Of a stretch of DNA of 64,000 nucleotides, positions 61,580-64,000 are shown in pieces. The notes beneath the pieces are model-generated. The model did not search any database. It was not told where the DNA came from and saw nothing but the letters and a program-made list of their open reading frames with translations. The translations under genes were made by a program, and so were the position numbers. Each line of letters starts with the position of its first letter. Position 1 is the stretch's first letter. Origin of the DNA: Mobula hypostoma (lineage: Eukaryota); assembly GCF_963921235.1 (NCBI RefSeq), contig NC_086100.1, forward strand, positions 203,548,001 through 203,612,000, given 5' to 3'.

Positions 61580-63550
61580 TCCCGAGATGTGTGACCCTCC
61601 CTCCTCTGCACCCCTAGTTATCTCTGTGAGACCCCCCTCCACTCCTGCACCATCTCCACGTTAAACTCCCACCCCTACTCCTATCCCCGTCTCCGTCACC
61701 CATCCTCCCCTATACCCCTCCAGGTCTCCATCACATTCTCCCTCCCCTGAACCCCTCCCCGTCTCCGTCACACTCTCCCGCCCCTGAAACCTTCCCTGTC
61801 TCCGTCACCCCCTCCTTCCCCTCCTCTCTCTCCGGCACCTACACTCCTCTGCAATTTTGCAAACACCACCAACCACGGGATTTTTGATATGGTGTGGAGA
61901 CCCTCTACCTCACAGGGAGACATCGCCCTGGGAACCCTGTGAGCGGATCTCGGATCTCGGACACCACTCCCAGGTCGAGGTGGTCCTACCAGACGCGGAC
62001 CAGGTCCGAGATCTACGTCCCTGGGTACGATACCCGTACCTTTTCTTCAAGGAGACTCGCTCCTGGCTCGGGACCATGGTGTGTGGCTGAGCTCAAAACC
62101 AAGGCAAATCTTGGCTAATGGCTAATGTCTCCAGTCTGGCAGTTCCGTGGTGTTTAACATGAAATATTTGGAATGAAAGATTCGGAGTGGCCGTTGGAGA
62201 GTGAGCGAGGGGGTACGAAAGTCCGAGGGTCGAAGTCTCCGGGCTGGTGGGCGTTCGCAGAGCAGGGTAATCGTGTTAGGTTCTGAGGGGTTCGAACTAC
62301 TTAGAGAGAGCTGTTGTTACACCCCTCCCTGCCTCTGTAAACCCATCTATCCCCCCCGGCAACAACAGCCTTCTCCCCGTCTATAATGCCACGTAGGACC
62401 TAAAACATTTCCCCATATCCGTAACCCCTCCCAGCGTCTACACCCCTCCGCGTCTCTATATTGCCCTCAGGACCCAACACCCCTCCCTTTATCTATCACC
62501 CCTCCAAACGCAGCACCACACTGTATCTCTGTAACCCCTCTGGAACCTCAGAATAAGCCGGGAAAATATGGCTCAGAGAGTCTGACATCGGAGCGGGAAA
62601 GTTATTGGGAGGTATTCTAAGGGGTCAGATTCTGCACATAACTATTCGAATAGACATAGACTGAGTCAGCATTGCTACCTGCTTAGCAAATTATGTCTAA
62701 CCAATCTCAAAGAGATTTTCGAGGATATTACCAGGAATGAGGGCAAGGCAGTGGAAGTTGTCTCCACGGACTTCAGCGAGGGATTTGACAAGGTCCCGCA
62801 TGGGAGGTTGGTCAGGAAGTTTCAGTCTCTCGGCATTCAGGATGAGGTAGTATATTGGATTAGACACTGGCTTTGTGGGGGAAGCCAGAGAGTGGTATTT
62901 GATGTTATCCTACGAGCAGCCCCAACAGCCCTCCCTGCTCTACACCCATCACGTCCAGGTCACTGCCTCTTTTCCCTACACCCTTCCCCATCTCCGTCAT
63001 CCCCTCCCTCCCCTACACACCTCCCCTACTGTTACCCTTCTCCCCGTACACCTCCAGTCTCCGTCACACCTCCCACCCCAACACACTTCTCTATCTCCTT
63101 CTCCCCTCCCTCCACCACAGCCCTACGCGTCTCTGTCAATCACTCTCTCCCCTACACTTCTTCCCGTCTCCGTCGCCCCCTCTCTCCACTACACCGTTCG
63201 CGTCTCTTTCACCGCTTATTCCCCTACACCCATCCCAGCTCCGTCACCCCTTGCTCCCCTACACCCCTCTCTATCACCAACAAACCTTTCCCATACACCC
63301 CTCCCCATTTCCGTCACCATCTCGCTCCTTGTCTTCGTCAACTCCTCCGTCCCTACACCCCTTCCGTCTCTGTCACCGCATCTCTCCCCGTCTCCGTCAC
63401 ACTCTGCCTCCCCTACACCGGTCCCGTATCTACCACCTGCCCTCCCCTACACAGAGCATGTCCGTCAACTCTCCCAACCCTGCACATATCTCCGTCTCCA
63501 CAACTAATCCCTCCGTTACTCAACCCGTCTCCGTCACTCCCCCTCCCTAT
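61580..63550. repeat. C-rich degenerate tandem repeats (CTCCGTCACCCC...CCCTACACCC), interrupted by other sequence
   Basis: Recurring TCTCCGTCAC and CCCTACAC at 61580-61840, 62320-62545 and 62930-63550. Confidence 0.7.
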
Positions 63551-64000
63551 GTAGATGTGGCCACATGGAGTGCGACAGGCTGGGCGTCTCATGTGCTCCA
63601 AGAGTTTGTGAATGGGAAGTTCTCACGAACTGCTTGGGGAGGGGTGCCATTTCACACCTCTCTGTCTCTACAAAACCCCTCCGAACCTAACACCTCTCCC
63701 TGTCTCCCTTCTACATTCCTGCCAGAATCTGTAATCCCCTCAAGCTGCTATACCCCACCCCACATCGGAAACCTCCAACGGTCCCTCTTCTCCTCCTGGA
63801 CCCTGTGGGTGGCAAATGCAAAAGGGCAGAGATATGTAAATCATCCTTAGCCCCTGGAGATGCGCTGGCGGATTAAAGGATGTCGAATGTTGTTCCGTTG
63901 TTTAAGAAAGGCTCCAAGTACAAACTAGGAAAATGTAGTCCAGCGAGACCGAGATCAGTGGTGGTAAGGTTATTGGAAGCTACTCTAATGCATTGGATAT

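Noticed and set aside
61860..62300. Complex-looking non-repetitive segment with short ORFs
   Set aside because: No recognisable motif, and no in-frame splice sites compatible with the A2M model
63590..63635. Minus-strand AVRENFPFTNSW, resembling the post-bait VRKYFPETWIW motif
   Set aside because: Followed by an in-frame stop, no phase-2 donor and a weak match; the true upstream exon is probably outside the window

Overview
Eukaryotic, repeat-rich vertebrate DNA. The repeat families (CR1/HER1-like LINEs, HE1-like SINEs, Rex1-like LINEs) suggest a cartilaginous fish, probably a ray; this is inference. The window holds the 3' half of one alpha-2-macroglobulin-family thioester protein gene on the minus strand (about 7918-61428). 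Seventeen exons match human A2M exons 19-35 (recalled from memory, not aligned by tool) in order and phase, and they splice into one open frame with an intact GCGEQ thioester. The 5' exons, including the bait region, lie beyond the window, and the terminal exon is unresolved. Unusual features of the gene: two extra in-frame exons adding about 40 aa inside the thioester domain, a shortened receptor-binding domain lacking its disulfide, paired cysteine losses and a GC donor. The introns contain nested LINEs (one nearly intact CR1), a Tc1 element, two solo LTRs with target-site duplications, several intron-specific satellites (one switching orientation) and an inverted pair of Penelope-type hammerhead ribozyme motifs. 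Most long ORFs in the supplied track are low-complexity artefacts.
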